A stretch of DNA of 64,000 bases from Eledone cirrhosa (GCA_964016885.1 OZ024743.1:154876001-154940000), one strand, 5' to 3'; shown: positions 1 to 14,695, numbered from the stretch's first letter. The notes: generated from the letters alone by a model not told the origin. Made by a program: numbers and translations.

Positions 1-602
1 AGACGGCTGGGATTGGAGAAGACAAGCTGCACGCGGGAAAACAACATTTCTGAGTCTCCATTTGTAATTTTAACAGAATGTTGAAAGCAAAATTTAATAT
101 CCAGAGAAATCCTTTTTTTTTATTTTTTTTTTTTTGTTTTCATGAAGCTATGCTCGCAAAGTAAGTTGCTCTTAGTCGGTGGTCACCCTACTCATTTTAT
201 CAACCAATTGAAATATCCCAAACCACCTCAACCGGATAGAAGACATCGCAGAATTTTCAATCCAAAAGAGACATTTTTTGTTAGTCGTCGAAAAAAATCT
301 TTCTTTTGTGTTGTATTTTGTATTCGTCTGTATGCGTGAGTCAATAGTGTCACCATGAAAGTTATGACAGAAATATTGTGCAGGCCGCGTGCTTCAACAA
401 ATGGAATATTATGAATTTTATTGACTTACGCTTAGTGAGTCTAGCTACCCGATTCGAATATTCCAAATGTTAAGCCACTCCACATTGCCTTTAAAACGAA
501 TGTCGAATTCAAATAGGCTGCGTTTTCATTCTTAATCGTCGGTGTGACCAATTTGGTTGAGGATGTTGTCACCAATTTAGCGGAGAAGTATATTTAGAGA
601 GT

Positions 603-1019
603 TGTAATGTTGCCACGAGGAACCATCTTTGGTAGAAAGATATGATAGGAATATCGACAACGACTTTAGCTTGTTTTTACATTATTTATTAACATAGGTT
701 GAGCTGGCATGCCAAGAGAAATAAAACAAATCAATTAAGATTACAAGAGAAAATACGGTCGACTGGCTGAGGCGTTTAGCCAATTCCGTAGTAAAATTGT
801 TGTGTCGTTACATATTGTTTGTGCTGGCTGAGCAAAAGAACAAGTGGTGTTTACCTTAGCACGGTCTAGCTGGAAGTGATAATTTCCTCAAATCTTTGCG
901 GGCTATTTCTCCCTCAGAACGAGTAGGGATACATCCTCTTCTACTGACGCCGACTGGCTGAGCTGGGCCAAATCACGCACAGAGAATGTATGTGAGCCCG
1001 CGGAGTGTAGGTCACTACA
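603..1019. mobile_element. Possible solo LTR
   Basis: TG...CA ends with an imperfect inverted terminus (tgtaatg / cactaca), about 417 bp, internal repeats of ctggctgag and a minus-strand AATAAA near 685. No clean target-site duplication. Confidence 0.3.
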
Positions 1020-2559
1020 ATACTTTATATATAATTCCCTACCACTTTCTTTTCTTTTGACAACATCTGTTACATTCAAAATTCCCTTAACTCCCCACTT
1101 TCCTTTTCAATTGAGTATGAATGCATCACTTTGTGCATGCATTCTTCGCTTGTTAGTGAACATTTTCCTAGTTTTCTGATCAATTTCCTTCATCTTTACT
1201 TACATCCACTCTCTTATAACTACACCATACTTTAAAATTTCCACCGTTTAAATCGGACTTGAATATGGTCCTCAATCATTTCAGACGATTTCTGTTATTC
1301 ATTATTTGCGTTTTACTTTGTAGCCTACCTTGATATTTACATGCTTCGACTGTTTCCAGCGACTTGATAATATCACTATTCGGCAGTTACATTCCATCAA
1401 AATATACCAACTTTCTATGTTTTATCTCGATCATCGCACACTTTAAAATGTCAAACTTCATATGTTGCCTTCTGTTCAATGTTTATGAAGAATTCTACTT
1501 CCTAACATTTAAGTACGTTTATTTACTTCCCATGGAAATGTATGTATTACCTAACAACTGGAAACAGATAAAGAAGCTGAAACATGGAAATATCCTGCAC
1601 TGCCTATAAAAATAATTTTTTTTATGTGACATTACCAAATACAATCAGCATTCATTGAAGCGTTGAGTCATGTTTTCTGTTTATATTAATGTTAACATCC
1701 AATGATATTATTTGCTCTAATTTAAAGCGTATAAATTGGAACATTTTCGCATTATCAAGTCTAATACTTTCTTTGTAAATGCTGCGTTTTGTAGTTTTGC
1801 GTGTTTCAGTATTTGTTATATATTATGTTTTGCTTTTGAAAAGCTACAAAAAAGTGACAGGCTGTTTTTTAAATGATGTGAAGTAGAAAATGAAGTTCAC
1901 AAGAGCAAATAAAAAATTCAATTATTTTCGTGTCATATTGGAAATCTGAATATTGCAAGAGAATTATTTAACGATGCAATAAATAAATAACACGTGAAGT
2001 CATTTTAAAACCGATACAGTATGTTATTGTAATTCCATATCCTCAATCACATTTCTGTTACAGATTGATATAATCCGTAATTTGTGGTCATTTTTTTTAG
2101 TTTGTCAGTTTGTAACGCTTAAAGAACAACAAAAATAGCGACGTAATATATTACCTCAATCTAACTTTGCAGCAGAGATTATTTTAGATAAGTGATATTC
2201 ATACTGCATCAAAAAAGGAAATATTTATGTTAGTCATATATTTTGTTACACTCTCCCTCTTCAGATTAATACAACATTCGCAGAATTTATTTCTGAAATA
2301 AATTCTGATCTAAATACATTCTGGTACCTAGTTCTAAACCGATGTATCATATTGCTTAACAAATTGTATTAAATGTAAATTGTTTACAGGTTTTGATACA
2401 TTCTTCCATCTGATGATTGTTCATCAATTCAGGTGATAACAATCTTCTCATTCATATGCCACAAAGTACAGTGTCGATTGCTGACTGGACAGGCAAATGT
2501 AGTTCGAGATATATGACTCAGTATGTATGGCTATTTTCCTGCTTCTACTAGTAGTGGCA

Positions 2560-3075
2560 TGTAGAATGGACCCAGTGTGAGGGTCGAGTAAAGAGGTCAT
2601 CCATGTTTCCCTTCATCAAACTTGTTTGTAGCAGATGATTCAATCAATTATTTGAGTAAGAGTTTCATCAATACGTAAATAATCAAACAGAGCGTTCCCT
2701 AATCTTACATCTTCACCAAGTATCAGGGTCGGCCTAACTGTATTATGTGACTCCAATTCCGCTGGGTTTGGTGGGAAGGAGAATTTCCATGGAGATAATC
2801 ATTTTTCTTCTGGATATTGCAAATAACGGATGAGGACGCCTAATGTTATAATCACCTGATATGCTATTGATATTGATCTGAAAATAATATGGCTTTCAGA
2901 AAATAAGCTGTTAGCTTTCCAATGGATGAGGTGGACTGTGTTTGGTACTTCACAATTTCCTCGTATGCTTGCCGACACAAAAGTGCTATATAACAATTTG
3001 ATACTGATATCAACATTAGCGCCTGCTGCTGAAATGAAATGTTTATGGAACAACAGTAGGATACTAGACATATAG
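2560..3075 (-). pseudogene. Highly degraded non-LTR reverse transcriptase fragment (tentative)
   Basis: ORF 2799-3071 (SAAGAN...EVP...FRSISI) weakly echoes the KAPGPD...G-VP...YRPIS layout, and a G-QG-PLS-like remnant lies near 2600. Confidence 0.25.
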
Positions 3076-4390
3076 AGTTACTAGGGTTTGTGGACGTTAT
3101 CGGTCAGACCCATCTTTCATTTGAAGTGTACTATCAAATCTGTTATACGTATACAACAGATCAATGATCTCTTTAGATTTGAGTTTGACACTGACGAACA
3201 ACCGTGTGAGATTGACGGTGGCACATAGACGTAGGAGGATGTAGCTGTTAATTTAGAGGTTATACGTGATACCACTTTCGTATTCCATAATATGGTTAGC
3301 AGTATGTGTGTAAATCAGTGTTTATGTGTTTAAGTGTGAGTCTATGTGTTAGTGTGAGGATTTCACAATACGAACCTTATTAAACATTTGCTGTTAAGAT
3401 ATTCAATTGTACCATACTTAGAACATTGAACTTGAATTCGTACAATTGGACAATAAATGTTGAAATATATAAGGATCTGTTTTTAATGTTTGAGGTAAAC
3501 AAATATAACGTGAGACCCATTTGTCTAAATAGCAATAAACGTTTCATACGCTAATTACAAGTCTAATACAATAGTACTAATTATGCCCATATCAGATCCT
3601 AAATAGTCAATGCTTTTTCTAGTTTTATCAGTTTGCCCGCTTTTGCCAAACGTATGTCATCCTCCGAATTGTTCACGTTCAAAAGTTCTTTAATTTTGTC
3701 ACTTGTAAGAGCAAATGTTGTTGTTATTGCCTGAATTACTATTTTTGTGGTTTTGCTTCTCATATATTGTGTGTTGCTTCAATAGTGGTCCTGGAGCTGA
3801 TGTTGTTAGTAGTGGACGTTGATGTGTTGGTATTAGTGTTTTTGTTGTGTGTGTGTTTGTTTTATTTTGTTATTCATGTGAATGTGACGGTGTTGACAAA
3901 GAGTTTAAAAGCGTGAATTTGGCTTCGTATTTTTCCCCTGTACAGTTGTAGTTGTTGTTGCTGCCGTTGTTGTTATCTTCTCTGAACTTTGGCTTTTCCA
4001 TCTTGTTCACAGCCGGCTGTTCATTTTAGTGCAAACATTTTTCTTGTATGCCATGTCCCAATTTCTTCTTACAAAACTGCGAGTTGTAAATTTGAAAAGA
4101 GACACACATTTTAACTTTAGAGGCTCCAGATAAGGGAAAAGCAACCAGATCACAAAAACGAAAGTTGGTTTAGCTGTAGAACCATATACAATGTTCAGGC
4201 AGATATATTTTTCAAACACGTAAACAATGTGTACCGCGTCACAAGAGACGCAAATGCAAAAATAGCAACAACAATAACAAAACAACAATACCAATAATAA
4301 TAATGAAAATGAGTTCTAGTATCGGCCCACATTTAGGGGGAGGGGAGGTAGATTAAATCGACCCAGTACTTTACCACCCTACAAAAAAAA

Positions 4391-7300
4391 TTATAATGCT
4401 TTCTTTATGAACCACAAGGGATGACACAAAGTAAGGACACATTAAGGACAACACAGGACAATACACCACGGTACAAATGGGCATCTCTGTGTATTCAGTA
4501 AAACAAAACGGATGTAACAAAAAGAAAAACAAAAAAAGATTTAACAAAAAAATAAACAATGAAAAATTCCCCGATGGGGAGAGACTTCTGAGGGTCGCTC
4601 GTGGAGAAAGCCCACAAAAAACCACCATTAACTTAACCGCTAAGGCAAATGCCCTCTTCCAGTTTTTCTCCTACAGTGCTACTGGCACACGCTCAGGGTA
4701 AGCGCATTCACACGAGCCATTCTTGCCTCTCTCACCCACCTTTCAACAAACTGGCTGGAAGGCAGCACTTCCCTTTCCACCCTCATTTTCCTTTTCAGGA
4801 GAAAGGTTAATGAGGGCGACACCAAAGAGCAAAATACCCATCTTCAACCCTTTCAGACGTGTCCACCATACGATCTCTTTTAACATGGCCATTAAGCAGA
4901 TAAAAATTGCCTGCCCTTCCCGGCTAAAGGAAGAGGGCGGGGCAATCCTCACGATAGATTCAGCTGATAGCTGGATCCGTCCTACACGTGACAGCATGTG
5001 TTCGACATGAACCCACAATTCAGCAATGCTCGGACACTGGACGAGTGCGTGGAGGACGGTTTTGTTGCACTTCGCTCATCTCGGACAGCCCGGCTGACGG
5101 TACTTCCATGCCTGTAGAGTTTATCCCGAACTGGCAAAGCTCCTCGGTAGCACTGCCAGGTCAGGGCTTTCTGGAAGTAATCCATAGGCCCCGGCTCTTA
5201 GGTCTCCCGAAGAGATTGGCTAATTGATTTTCGTAGACGCCCAGAGTCTCCCCAAGGACGTCGTGGCTCTTTCCCTCCACTAACCCTCTATAGAACGGCA
5301 AGGTGGAGTTGCCAGGGATCGCATTGACCGACTGGTCGAACATTGTAAGCGCCTGAAAACACTCAATTCTCCAAGCGCTCCCACTCGGTCTTTGCTTGAC
5401 TCATGACTGCAGCACCGCCAAGGAGACGAGCTGGGGAAACACGCGTCTAGCAAATAGCTACCACACCTGATCACCGTCGAGGAAGAGGTGGAGATGCCGT
5501 AGCCTGAGGGCATGTCTGCGCATCATAAGCCACGGCATGCTCAATAATCCGCGTAGTGGGTGTTGACAGCAGATGGACTGCCTAAACATTGTAGCACGTC
5601 CTTCCCACATAAAGCGAAAGAGCAAATGCCCCAGCGCAGTTAGTCGGGGCTTAGGACAAGGCACGAAGGTCAGGTGGCAGAACGCAATGTACGCGTTGGC
5701 CACCTCCGCCCCACCTTTCATGGATAGCTTCCTCCCGGTCCAAGTTTCTGTCCGTCTGCAGGTCCGGAACGCACCAGACCATAGGCAATTTAATAGGTCC
5801 GTCCGTCCAGCGCCCGTCCAGTGCCGAGCTGCAGGGCCATCAACATTCCTGGTTGACCATTGTTCCTGTGTATTCCCTTAGTGTAGTGCCGATTGCCTCG
5901 ATGTGTTTGCCGTTCGACACCACAACGCTGAGGTCGTCTACATATGTTGACATGGTTCTTCCGCATCCTAGTTCGCGCGGAACCCCCCCCCCCTCAAGTC
6001 TCCAGTTTGTGCAATAATGGCTCGAGAGTCAATATGGACAACAGGAACGAGAGGAGACATTCTTGGCGGACTGAGCGCATGATGTTGAACGGTTCTGAAA
6101 GGTTAACATTCACTCTCACAACACTGCAGATGTCGCTGTGCGAGGCAGCAATCCAGCCTCTGAACACAGGCCCTAAGCCAGCCGCCCTCAGGAATGCCCT
6201 CAGATAACGATGGTCGACCCTAACGAAAGCTTTTGACTGATCTAATTTGATCAAAGACCCACCCGTGAAAGGTACCCTAGCTACCCTCTCTACGATGTAT
6301 CGCATGAGGTGAATGTTGTTGTGGATTTATCTGTCTGCAATGGCTCCTGTCTGCGCCTCTTCCACAACACCACCGACGACAATCGCCAACCTCTTTGCTA
6401 GCAACTTGGCTAAAATCTTGAACTATGTGTTTAGCAGAGTTATGGGGCTGAAATTATCTATGTCATCCCCCTTGTTCGGTTTCTTTCTCAGCAACGCCAC
6501 CACTATCCGGCTTAGAGAACTGGGAATACTCCCGTTCTGGTGCCAGTTGCAGTAGACGTCCGCCAATAGGTCTCCGAACAAGCCTGGCATATATACGTAA
6601 AGTGCGTACAGCAGACCATCTAAACCAGGCAATTTACCCATTATGCGGCCAGTCATTGCCTCCCGTACTCCAGCAGCTGTTATCGGCCTTTCGCAACACT
6701 CTGTCCCAGAGGCCGAGAGCCGCGGCAGTCCGTCGAGGTAGGCACTCAAGTCCATCCGACGATCCGGCCCGCCCCATGCCCCGAACAGCTGATCAAAGTG
6801 TCGCTGAAAAACCGCCAACATTTGACGGGGTCGAGTAGCATGTGCCCGTCGTGCCCGTCGTGGTCCTTCAAAGACCGGATCATGGCTTCGTTGGCACGAC
6901 GCGCCTCCGCCACCCGAGCCCATCAAACGTCTTTCGTCCCCTCATATCTGAGAGCATGCACCCTACTTCTGACAACGCAGCCTTCATGCTTTGCGTTGAA
7001 CATTTGTCAAGGGCCAATTTTGCAGCAAACATTTCGGTCGCGATACCTTTAGTAAGCGCCTCGTTTAATTTGCTAAATAGTTCACCCTCTGCTCTATATT
7101 TCTCTATTACTAACGCCTTACTGAACTTAATGGACTCTATTCTAATCGCTCTTTTCAGCGCAAACCACCATTTGTTGTTGACGATGGCCCCCGTCACAGC
7201 CCGCTTAACTAATTCGCTAATCCGGTCTCTGTAAGCGTTGTGTGCTGTTAAATACGCGTTTAGCTTCCAGTAGCCGGAACCCTGTCTATGAAGCCTATGT

Positions 7301-9482
7301 AAGTCAACCAAACAGATCACGAATTTGTGGTCCGAGTAGTCGACTATCTTGAATTATGTACAGCCTATGCTAGACCTATGTATTTCTCTACAAAATACAC
7401 TATATAGATATGATCTAGATGACACGATGCGGTTTGTTCAAGTCCACATTTGCAGTTTCAGGAAGTCCAACCGCTACCTGTCAGACAGTTGAAAATATCT
7501 GAGCTTGTTTGCGAGGCTTTTACACCCTCCTCCCCTATCCGATAATCCCACACAGTCCCACGTGCAACTACGATCCCGTTCAAGTCGCCCATTAACACAA
7601 AAGAGCGAGAATGTCTGTGAATATTCTTTTAGTGATGTTCCCTCGGTAGTCTCCAATTGATGTGGGAACATTTTTTTAATGTCTTGTAAATTTTGGGGGG
7701 TGATTTCTATTATTTCAATGTGTAGGGGGTGCAATTTTCGTGGTTTATACGTAGTTTGGTTCTGTATTGTTGGTGTGGTGTTGAATGAAATTTAAAAGCA
7801 TTGTGTTCTCTGTGTCTATGAATGTGTATTGTGTCTGTCGATGGGGTGTTGGTGCTTTCTGTGTTTGAGGTGGTGTTGTTGGATGTGACGATAGGGTAGA
7901 TGCTAATGCTGGCCGTGGTGCTGATGGTGGTGGTGATTGGTAGTGGTTGTGATGGTGTAGGTTGTTGTGTGGGTGTGGCTGTTGATGGTGGTGGGGTCGT
8001 TTTCATTTTCTTTTTTAGGTTTCTTTCTTCGTCTTTTTTCTTTGGTTGGCCAAGGTTGGGAGTTCTTCCAATTCTTTTGCTGGGATAGGTTTCCATTTTT
8101 CGCCCTCATCGCTCTTCTTGTCTTATATAGCAATATTGGGAAAGAGCATGCGTTCTATTGTTTCTGTTGGTGGTGGAAGAGATGGTGTTTTTGTTGCTGT
8201 GGTTAGTGATTTTTATTCTGCCACAGTGGTCTCGATTGGTTTGTCCACTCCAGTCGCGGGCACGACATAGGGAGAAAGGGGGAGCGCGTGCCTGTTTTGG
8301 TGAGGTTGGGGCAGAAGGCCTTAAGGTGCGTCTTGTTACCGCATCCATGACACCATGGGCGCCTGCCTTCCACTGTCAAGTGTAGATGGCTTCCGTGGTA
8401 CACCCTTATCATATCGGGGATGGCCTCGATGCTATCATGGTTTGCTTGGATGATTAGTTCCATCCCCGACGCTGTCCAATTCTCCTGTCTTATTCGTATG
8501 ACGTCGAGGATAGTTGTTGAATCCATGACGTCAGCGAGGATGGCGGCCATCTACCACGCGATCTCCACTGAGGGCGGAACCTTGGTTACTCGAACCCTCT
8601 CGAATATTTGGCCGCAGTATGTGAGCATCATTATTATTTCCTCACTGCAGAGTGGCGCAAAGGAGTGTGCTCTGTCTTCTTCCAGTGTAGCGAAGAACAC
8701 ATCCACAGTGCCATACCTCGATCCTCGGTCTATGTATGTTCTAGACGGCACCCATAGCCCTTTGAACCCGTGATTCCGTTGCACCTTTGACTCGGCGTGA
8801 TTTTATTCCAATCCTGCGATAACTGACCGAACACAAAAGCTTGTTTTACATTATATTAAGTTTGTGGGTGAGACTTACCTTGTGTCCGGTCTTTTTAAAC
8901 AAGATCTCTGCACGCTTTATGTCCTCATTGGTGATGTGTACCCGTTCAACGTTATTTGCGGCTTTAGCGAACAATGATGTTGTAAACTGGTGTGCTACTC
9001 ATCGTTAGTCTTGGCTTTGTTGCTGTTGTTGTTGTTGGTTGTTCTTGTTGTTCTTGTTATTGGTGGTTGTCTTGTTATTTTTTTTCATGTGTTGCTGTTG
9101 TTACAGCTGTTGCTCCGTGGGTTCTTTGTGGTTGTTGTTGGTGTTGCTGTTGTTATTGAGGTGGCGGTGGTGCCTGATCCTTCTAATTATGGACAATGTT
9201 CGTAATAGTTTGACATCGTGCTGCTGCTGTTACTGTTCAACTTGATGCTGCGGCTGTTATCACAACCACTGACACTGTCGCTGCTTCTGCTGTTGTAGTC
9301 ACTGCCACTGTGACTGCTGCTGTTTCTGTTGTTCCTGCCTCTACCTTTTGATTGGACGGAATCGGTAGTTCTACCCTCCGAATAAACCGCTGTTCCTCCC
9401 TGTGGAGAATTCTTTTCGTTCGCCATGTTTTTTGTAACAAAAATATGAGGGGTACGATTGTAAATAAATACAAATTCAGACA
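4391..9482 (-). mobile_element. Tx1-type (L1 clade) non-LTR retrotransposon, copy 1, degraded, APE N-terminus deleted
   Basis: ORF1 remnant with zinc knuckle (RRPWCHGCGNKTHLKAFC, 8203-8550). ORF2 fragments GYWKLN, LPGLDGL, FSPITLLNT, LDQSKAFVRVDH and LTWQCYRGALPV. The 3' UTR matches copies 2 and 3. Confidence 0.9.
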
Positions 9483-9675
9483 AATAATTGTTTCTACTTT
9501 TGGCACAAGGCCAGCAATTACTCAGTGTATTACTGGTACTTTATTTTATCGACCCCGTAAGGATGAAAGGCACAGTTAACCTTGGCAGGATTTGAACTCA
9601 GAATGGCAAGGGCCGTAACTCTATGCTTCAAAGCATGGCGTCCGACTCTCTACCGATACTGCCAATCCACCGCCC
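9483..9675 (-). mobile_element. tRNA-derived SINE, apparently full length
   Basis: Minus strand shows an A-box-like TGGCAGTATCGG, a B-box-like GAGTTCAAATCC and the 3' end TGGCCTTGTGCCAAAAGTAGAAACAATTATT. About eight copies occur in the window. Confidence 0.85.
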
Positions 9676-9684
9676 TGGTGGACG

Positions 9685-11229
9685 CACCCAAATTCAGACA
9701 AATAATAAAACAATTACAGACCGATAACTTGCTTGACCACAATGTATGAAATATTATCATCAATCCTAAATGGATATACATATGATCACCTGATAACAAA
9801 TTATCTATTTCCCAATTTCCCAATGAGGCTCGTATGCCTGTGAGGGTCAGCTTTTGATTAACAAAATGATACTGGAAAAGTGTCTTAGTAGACACAAAAT
9901 CTATCAATTCTTAAGAACGGAGTTGAATGCAAGGAATAGGATCGATGCCTTAAACACGCTTGCCAAACCAGTAGTAACCTGCAGTTACAATGTCCTCAAC
10001 TGGTCAAGCACAGAGATCCGTAGGCTCGACGAAAATTAGAAAATACTTAACCATGCACAGAATGCATCACCCTAAGGCAGATATAGATATAATATATCTC
10101 TTTAAGAAAGAAGGAGGTTGTGGGTTAATCCAGTTAGATATTGCGTTGAGGACTGCAACAATTAGATTATCTACATATCTGAGGATCATTGGATCATCAA
10201 ACTAGTTTTGAAACATGAAAGCATTACAAAAGATGGTCAAAGTTACAATAAGAAACTACACATTTCAGAAGTTCTGTTTACTTCTGAAATGAAAAACACA
10301 GAAAAATCAAAGCGGCTAAAAGTAACTGCAAAGAAAGAACTGCTACATAAACTGGCTAAGAAATGGCAAGAAAAGCCTCAGTGTGGAAAATACACAGAAC
10401 ACGCTAATACTCTTGATGTTGACAAACCATTAACCCATCAGTCGTTGGCATCCTCTGGACTGAAATCGGAGACTGAGGGAGTGATCATATCAGCACAACA
10501 TCAGTGTCTGCCAACATATAATTACCAAACCAACATAACAAAAGTTGGATACAACCCGTGAATGTAAGAAACAACCAGAGACCATTGATCATATAATTTC
10601 AATGTGCAGTCCTATAGCTCCAACCGAATACCTAAACAGGCACGACAGAGCTGCACAATAAATACGCTGGGTAATTTGCCCCATCAAAATAATTGGTGGC
10701 GTCATTAACCAACCCCCGTACTTGAAACAGATAACATCTCAATCTTGTGGAACTTTAGCATGCAAACAGACCAAAAAATAGATGCAATTAGACCTAATAT
10801 AATACTGAAGGGCTTTTAAAAGAAGGTATGGCAGCTAGTTGATAAATGCGCCTCCCAATAAACTAGAACGTATCTATAAAAACATTTGAAAAATTGACAA
10901 GTATAAGGACCTGGATATAGAGATTGGAAAAATGTGGAAGTTGAGAACTAAAACAATACCAGTGGTTGTGGGCGCTCTAGGGTCTAATGATTACTTATCC
11001 CAAATCGCAGGAGATCCGCGCGTAGACGAAATACAATAGATAGTAGTAATGGGAACTGCCCTTATACTAAGGAAGATTCTGTCAATATAGATACATCACA
11101 GGTCTAAACAACTAAAGATACATGTATGTGTGAATGTGTTCTTTCTTGATCATGGCGGACCTTGTTGTCTCTGGAGGTCAGTGGTTGTGACTTGGAGATA
11201 ACTCGTATGAACAAGATAAATGAAATAAT
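9685..11229 (+). mobile_element. R4/Dong-type RLE retrotransposon family A, old copy, 5'-truncated and internally deleted
   Basis: Clear DNA similarity to 11975-14695 and 57440-60822. Translated remnants include ELNARNRIDALNT, HPKADID and GLKSETEG, and the 3' UTR is shared. Confidence 0.85.
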
Positions 11230-11231
11230 CA

Positions 11232-11924
11232 TCTATATATATATAAAGTTGTATTCCTGTATGTTTCTTTGTTTGTTTGTTTGTACACGAACCACTCCTA
11301 TTGCTTTATATATATTCTGAAACTACATTGCACAGGTTATTTGGATACGTATATTTCATTTTAATCAAAAGGTATCCCGGGGGCAACAAAGCCCCTCTGG
11401 GAACCTCAGCTAAAAAGATTTTCCCTTCGATTTATATGAAATTTAAACCATAGGTAAATGAAAGGATATGGATCCAATTCAGAAAAGTTTAGCAAATTGC
11501 AATAATATTAACACACCCTAAGGTAAGCTAAACCCCCTACAGTGAGAATGTTAGCCAATAAATGAAACAAGGGTTCTCAAACTCTTCCTATCGTTTTGGA
11601 AATAGACCCATCCCATCATAACCATATATATTCTGAAACTAAATAGCCCAGGGAACTTGGATAAGTATATTTCATTTTAATCAAAAGGTTTGCGGCAGCA
11701 CAAAATCTCCGTTGAAAATGTTTTCCTTTTGATTTATATGAAATTTAAACCATAGGTAAATGAAAAGATATACAAATAATGTTTCCATGCATTGCATTTT
11801 ACATTGAGTAATATTGAAATGCAAAGTTTCTCTCCGTAAATTATATCAATGATTTACATTCAATCATACTTTTCTCACACATAAATATGTGTGAAACGCA
11901 GTAAGGTGCGGGTATTTCGGCTAG
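11232..11924 (+). mobile_element. Non-autonomous Helitron-like element
   Basis: Starts TCTATATATATATAAA followed by (GTTT)n and ends GCGGGTATTTCGGCTAG. Sits between A and T with no TSD. Internal direct repeat at about 11310-11465 and 11625-11770. Confidence 0.7.
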
Positions 11925-11943
11925 TAATAATAATAATAATAAC

Positions 11944-11976
<33 letters not shown>

Positions 11977-11977
11977 A
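11925..11977 (+). repeat. (AAT)n microsatellite at an element junction
   Basis: Direct observation. Confidence 0.95.
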
Positions 11978-14695
11978 GAAATAATCAAGCAAAAAGTGTC
12001 GGCCAAATCTGCTCGTATAAGGCGCTTTGAAAAACGATCTAGATTCTATAAGGACAATAATATGTTCAAAAACAACCAAAGAAACTTCTACAGAAAAATT
12101 GGTAAGTCAACAATAACTGCTAAATCAATACCACCCAAGGAGGAAGTGCAAGAATTCTGGGAAAAGATCTGGGCCGAAGAAAAAGTTCATAACATACATG
12201 CCCCATGGATAGACAGACAAATGAATGATGCAGCTCACCTTGAGGAACAAATATGGGAAAATATAACAGTTGAACAGTTGCGCTTGGCTCTAAGAAAAAC
12301 CAACAAATGGAAATCCCCAGGAAAAGACAAAATACAAAACTTTTGGATAAATGCCTTCACAGAGTTTCATGAGCTGTTAGCCCAACTTTACAATGAAATA
12401 GTTAAGTAGTCAGAAAAGATACCATCATGGCTAGTTAATGGCATTACATTCAGGCTTCCGAAGAATGATGAGACAAACGATCCCCAAAATTACAGACCGA
12501 TAACTTGCTTGACCACAATGTATAACATTTTAACATCAGTCCTAACTGAATACGCATATGACCACCTGATAACAAATGAGCAGAAAGGGTGTAAACGAGG
12601 CTCATATGGCTGTAAAGATCAGCTCTTGGTTAACAAAATGATACTGGAAGATTGTCATAATAGACACAAGAATCTATCAATTGCTTGGATAGATTATAAA
12701 AAAGCATTCGATAGTTTGCCACACAGACGGATTGAAAATGTTTAGAGATTTTCAAAATATCTCCCGTTGTCAGGAGGTTTTTGTCATTCAGTATGAAGAC
12801 ATGGAAAACCTAACTACTTTTGAATAGTGAAACAAAATCACTGGAAGCTGGAGAAGTTAATGTTAATTGTGGAATGTTTCAGGGTGACTTTTTATCTCCG
12901 CTTTTATTCTGCGTCGCGCTTATACCATTAAGTAAAATGCTCAATGAAACAAAACATGGATATAAAGTCTATGACAAAACCATTAATCACTTGTTCTACA
13001 TGGAGGACCTGAAACTATTTGCAAAAAATGATGAACAATTGCAAGGGCTATTATCCACAGTGGAGCAGTTCAGTGATGACATTAAAATGGTGTTTGGTTA
13101 AGCAACGTTCACCAGAGGAAAGCTGCTGAAGAATTCATACATTAATCTTGATCGGGGGAACGTGATAAGAGAACATGATCAAGAAAAAACTCACAAATAT
13201 CTAGGTGTTTGTGAAGGAGACGGAATCAAGCACTCGACAATGAGGGAAAGGATAAGGAAGGAATGTTAGCGCAGAGTAAGAGCAATCTTAAGAACGGAAT
13301 TGAATGCAAGGAATAGGATCGATGCCATAAATACGCTTGCCATACCAGTAGTAACCTACAGTTACAATGTCATCAACTGGTCAAGCACAGAGATCCGCAG
13401 GCTCGATACAAAAATTCGAAAATTCTTAACCATGCACGGAATGCATCACCCTAAGGCAGATACAGAAGAATATATCTCCCTAGGAAAGAAGGAGGACGTG
13501 GGTTAATCCAGTTAGACATTGCGTTGAAAACTGCAACAATTGGATTATCTACATATCTAAGGGAATCACATGATTGGGTGATCAAACTCGTTTTGAAACA
13601 CGAAAGCATCAAAAGATCATATTCCATTACAAAAAATGCACAAAGATACAGTAATGGACTACAAATTTCAGAAGTCCCATTTACTGCTGAAATGGAAAAC
13701 ACAGAAAAAGCAAAGCAGGTAAAAGTAACTGCAAAGAAAGAACTGCTACAGAAACTGGCTAAGAAATGGCAAGACAAGTTTCTGTATGGAAAATACCCAG
13801 AACGAGCTAACAATCCTGATGTTGACAAAACTTGAACCCATCAGTGGTTGGCATCCTCTGGCCTGAAATTGGAGACTGAAGGACTGATTATATTAGCACA
13901 AGATCAGTGTCTGCCAACACAAAATTACCAAACCAACATAATAAAAATTGGATGCAGCCCATTATGCCGTATTATGCAAAAAACAACCAGAGACCATTGA
14001 CCATATAATTTCAATGTGCAGTCCTATAGCTCCAACCGAATACCTAAACAGGCATGACAGAGCTGCACAATACATACATTGGATAATGTGTAATCATTTT
14101 GACCTGCCCCATCAAAAGAATTGGTGGGAGCATCAACCACCTCCCATACTTGAAAAATATCACATCTCAATCTTGTGGAACTTTAGCATCCAAACAGACC
14201 GACAAATAGATGCAAATAGACCTGATATAATATTGAAGGACTTTAAAAAGAAGGTATGCCTGCTAATTGATATGTCCGTTCCAATAGACAAGAATGTATC
14301 TATAAAAACATTTGAAAAATTGAGCAAGTATAAGGAGCTGGAGATAGAAATTGGAAAAATGTGGAAATTGAGAACTAAAACTATACCAGTGGTTGTAGGC
14401 ACTCTGGGAATGATACCTAAGGGGTCTAATGATTACTTATCGCAAATCCCAGGAAACCCGCGTATAGGAGAAATACAAAAGATAGTACTAATGGGAACTG
14501 CCCATATACTAAGGAAGATTCTGTCAATATAAGTACATCACAAGTCTAAACACTAAAGATAAATGTGTGAGTATGTATGTTCTTTCTTGAACATGGCGGA
14601 TCTTGTTGTCTCTTGAGGTCACTGGTTGTGACTTGGTGATAACTTGTATGAACATAAAGCAAGGTAAATGCAACTGTAATAATAATAATAATAAT
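11975..14695 (+). mobile_element. R4/Dong-type RLE retrotransposon family A, 5'-truncated, (AAT)n tail
   Basis: RT motifs WKSPGKD, QKGCKRGSYG, WIDYKKAFDS, GMFQGDFLSPLLF and HLFYMEDLKL, followed by a C-terminal CCHC plus RLE region. Several stops and frameshifts. Confidence 0.92.
13948..14532 (+). pseudogene. Zinc knuckle plus restriction-like endonuclease domain of the Dong element
   Basis: ETIDHIISMC, RHD, RPDIIL...LIDMSVP...KLSKY match the PD..D..K RLE signature. Confidence 0.88.

Noticed and set aside
170-195. TGGTCACCCTA resembling a hAT-type terminal inverted repeat
   Set aside because: No partner end or TSD is visible inside the window.
4310-4372. SINE-like fragment next to the Tx1 copy 1 tail
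   Set aside because: Too short and diverged to assign to the SINE family seen elsewhere in the window.
9590-9675. A and B boxes as a tRNA gene
   Set aside because: No cloverleaf forms, and the boxes are the head of a multi-copy SINE.
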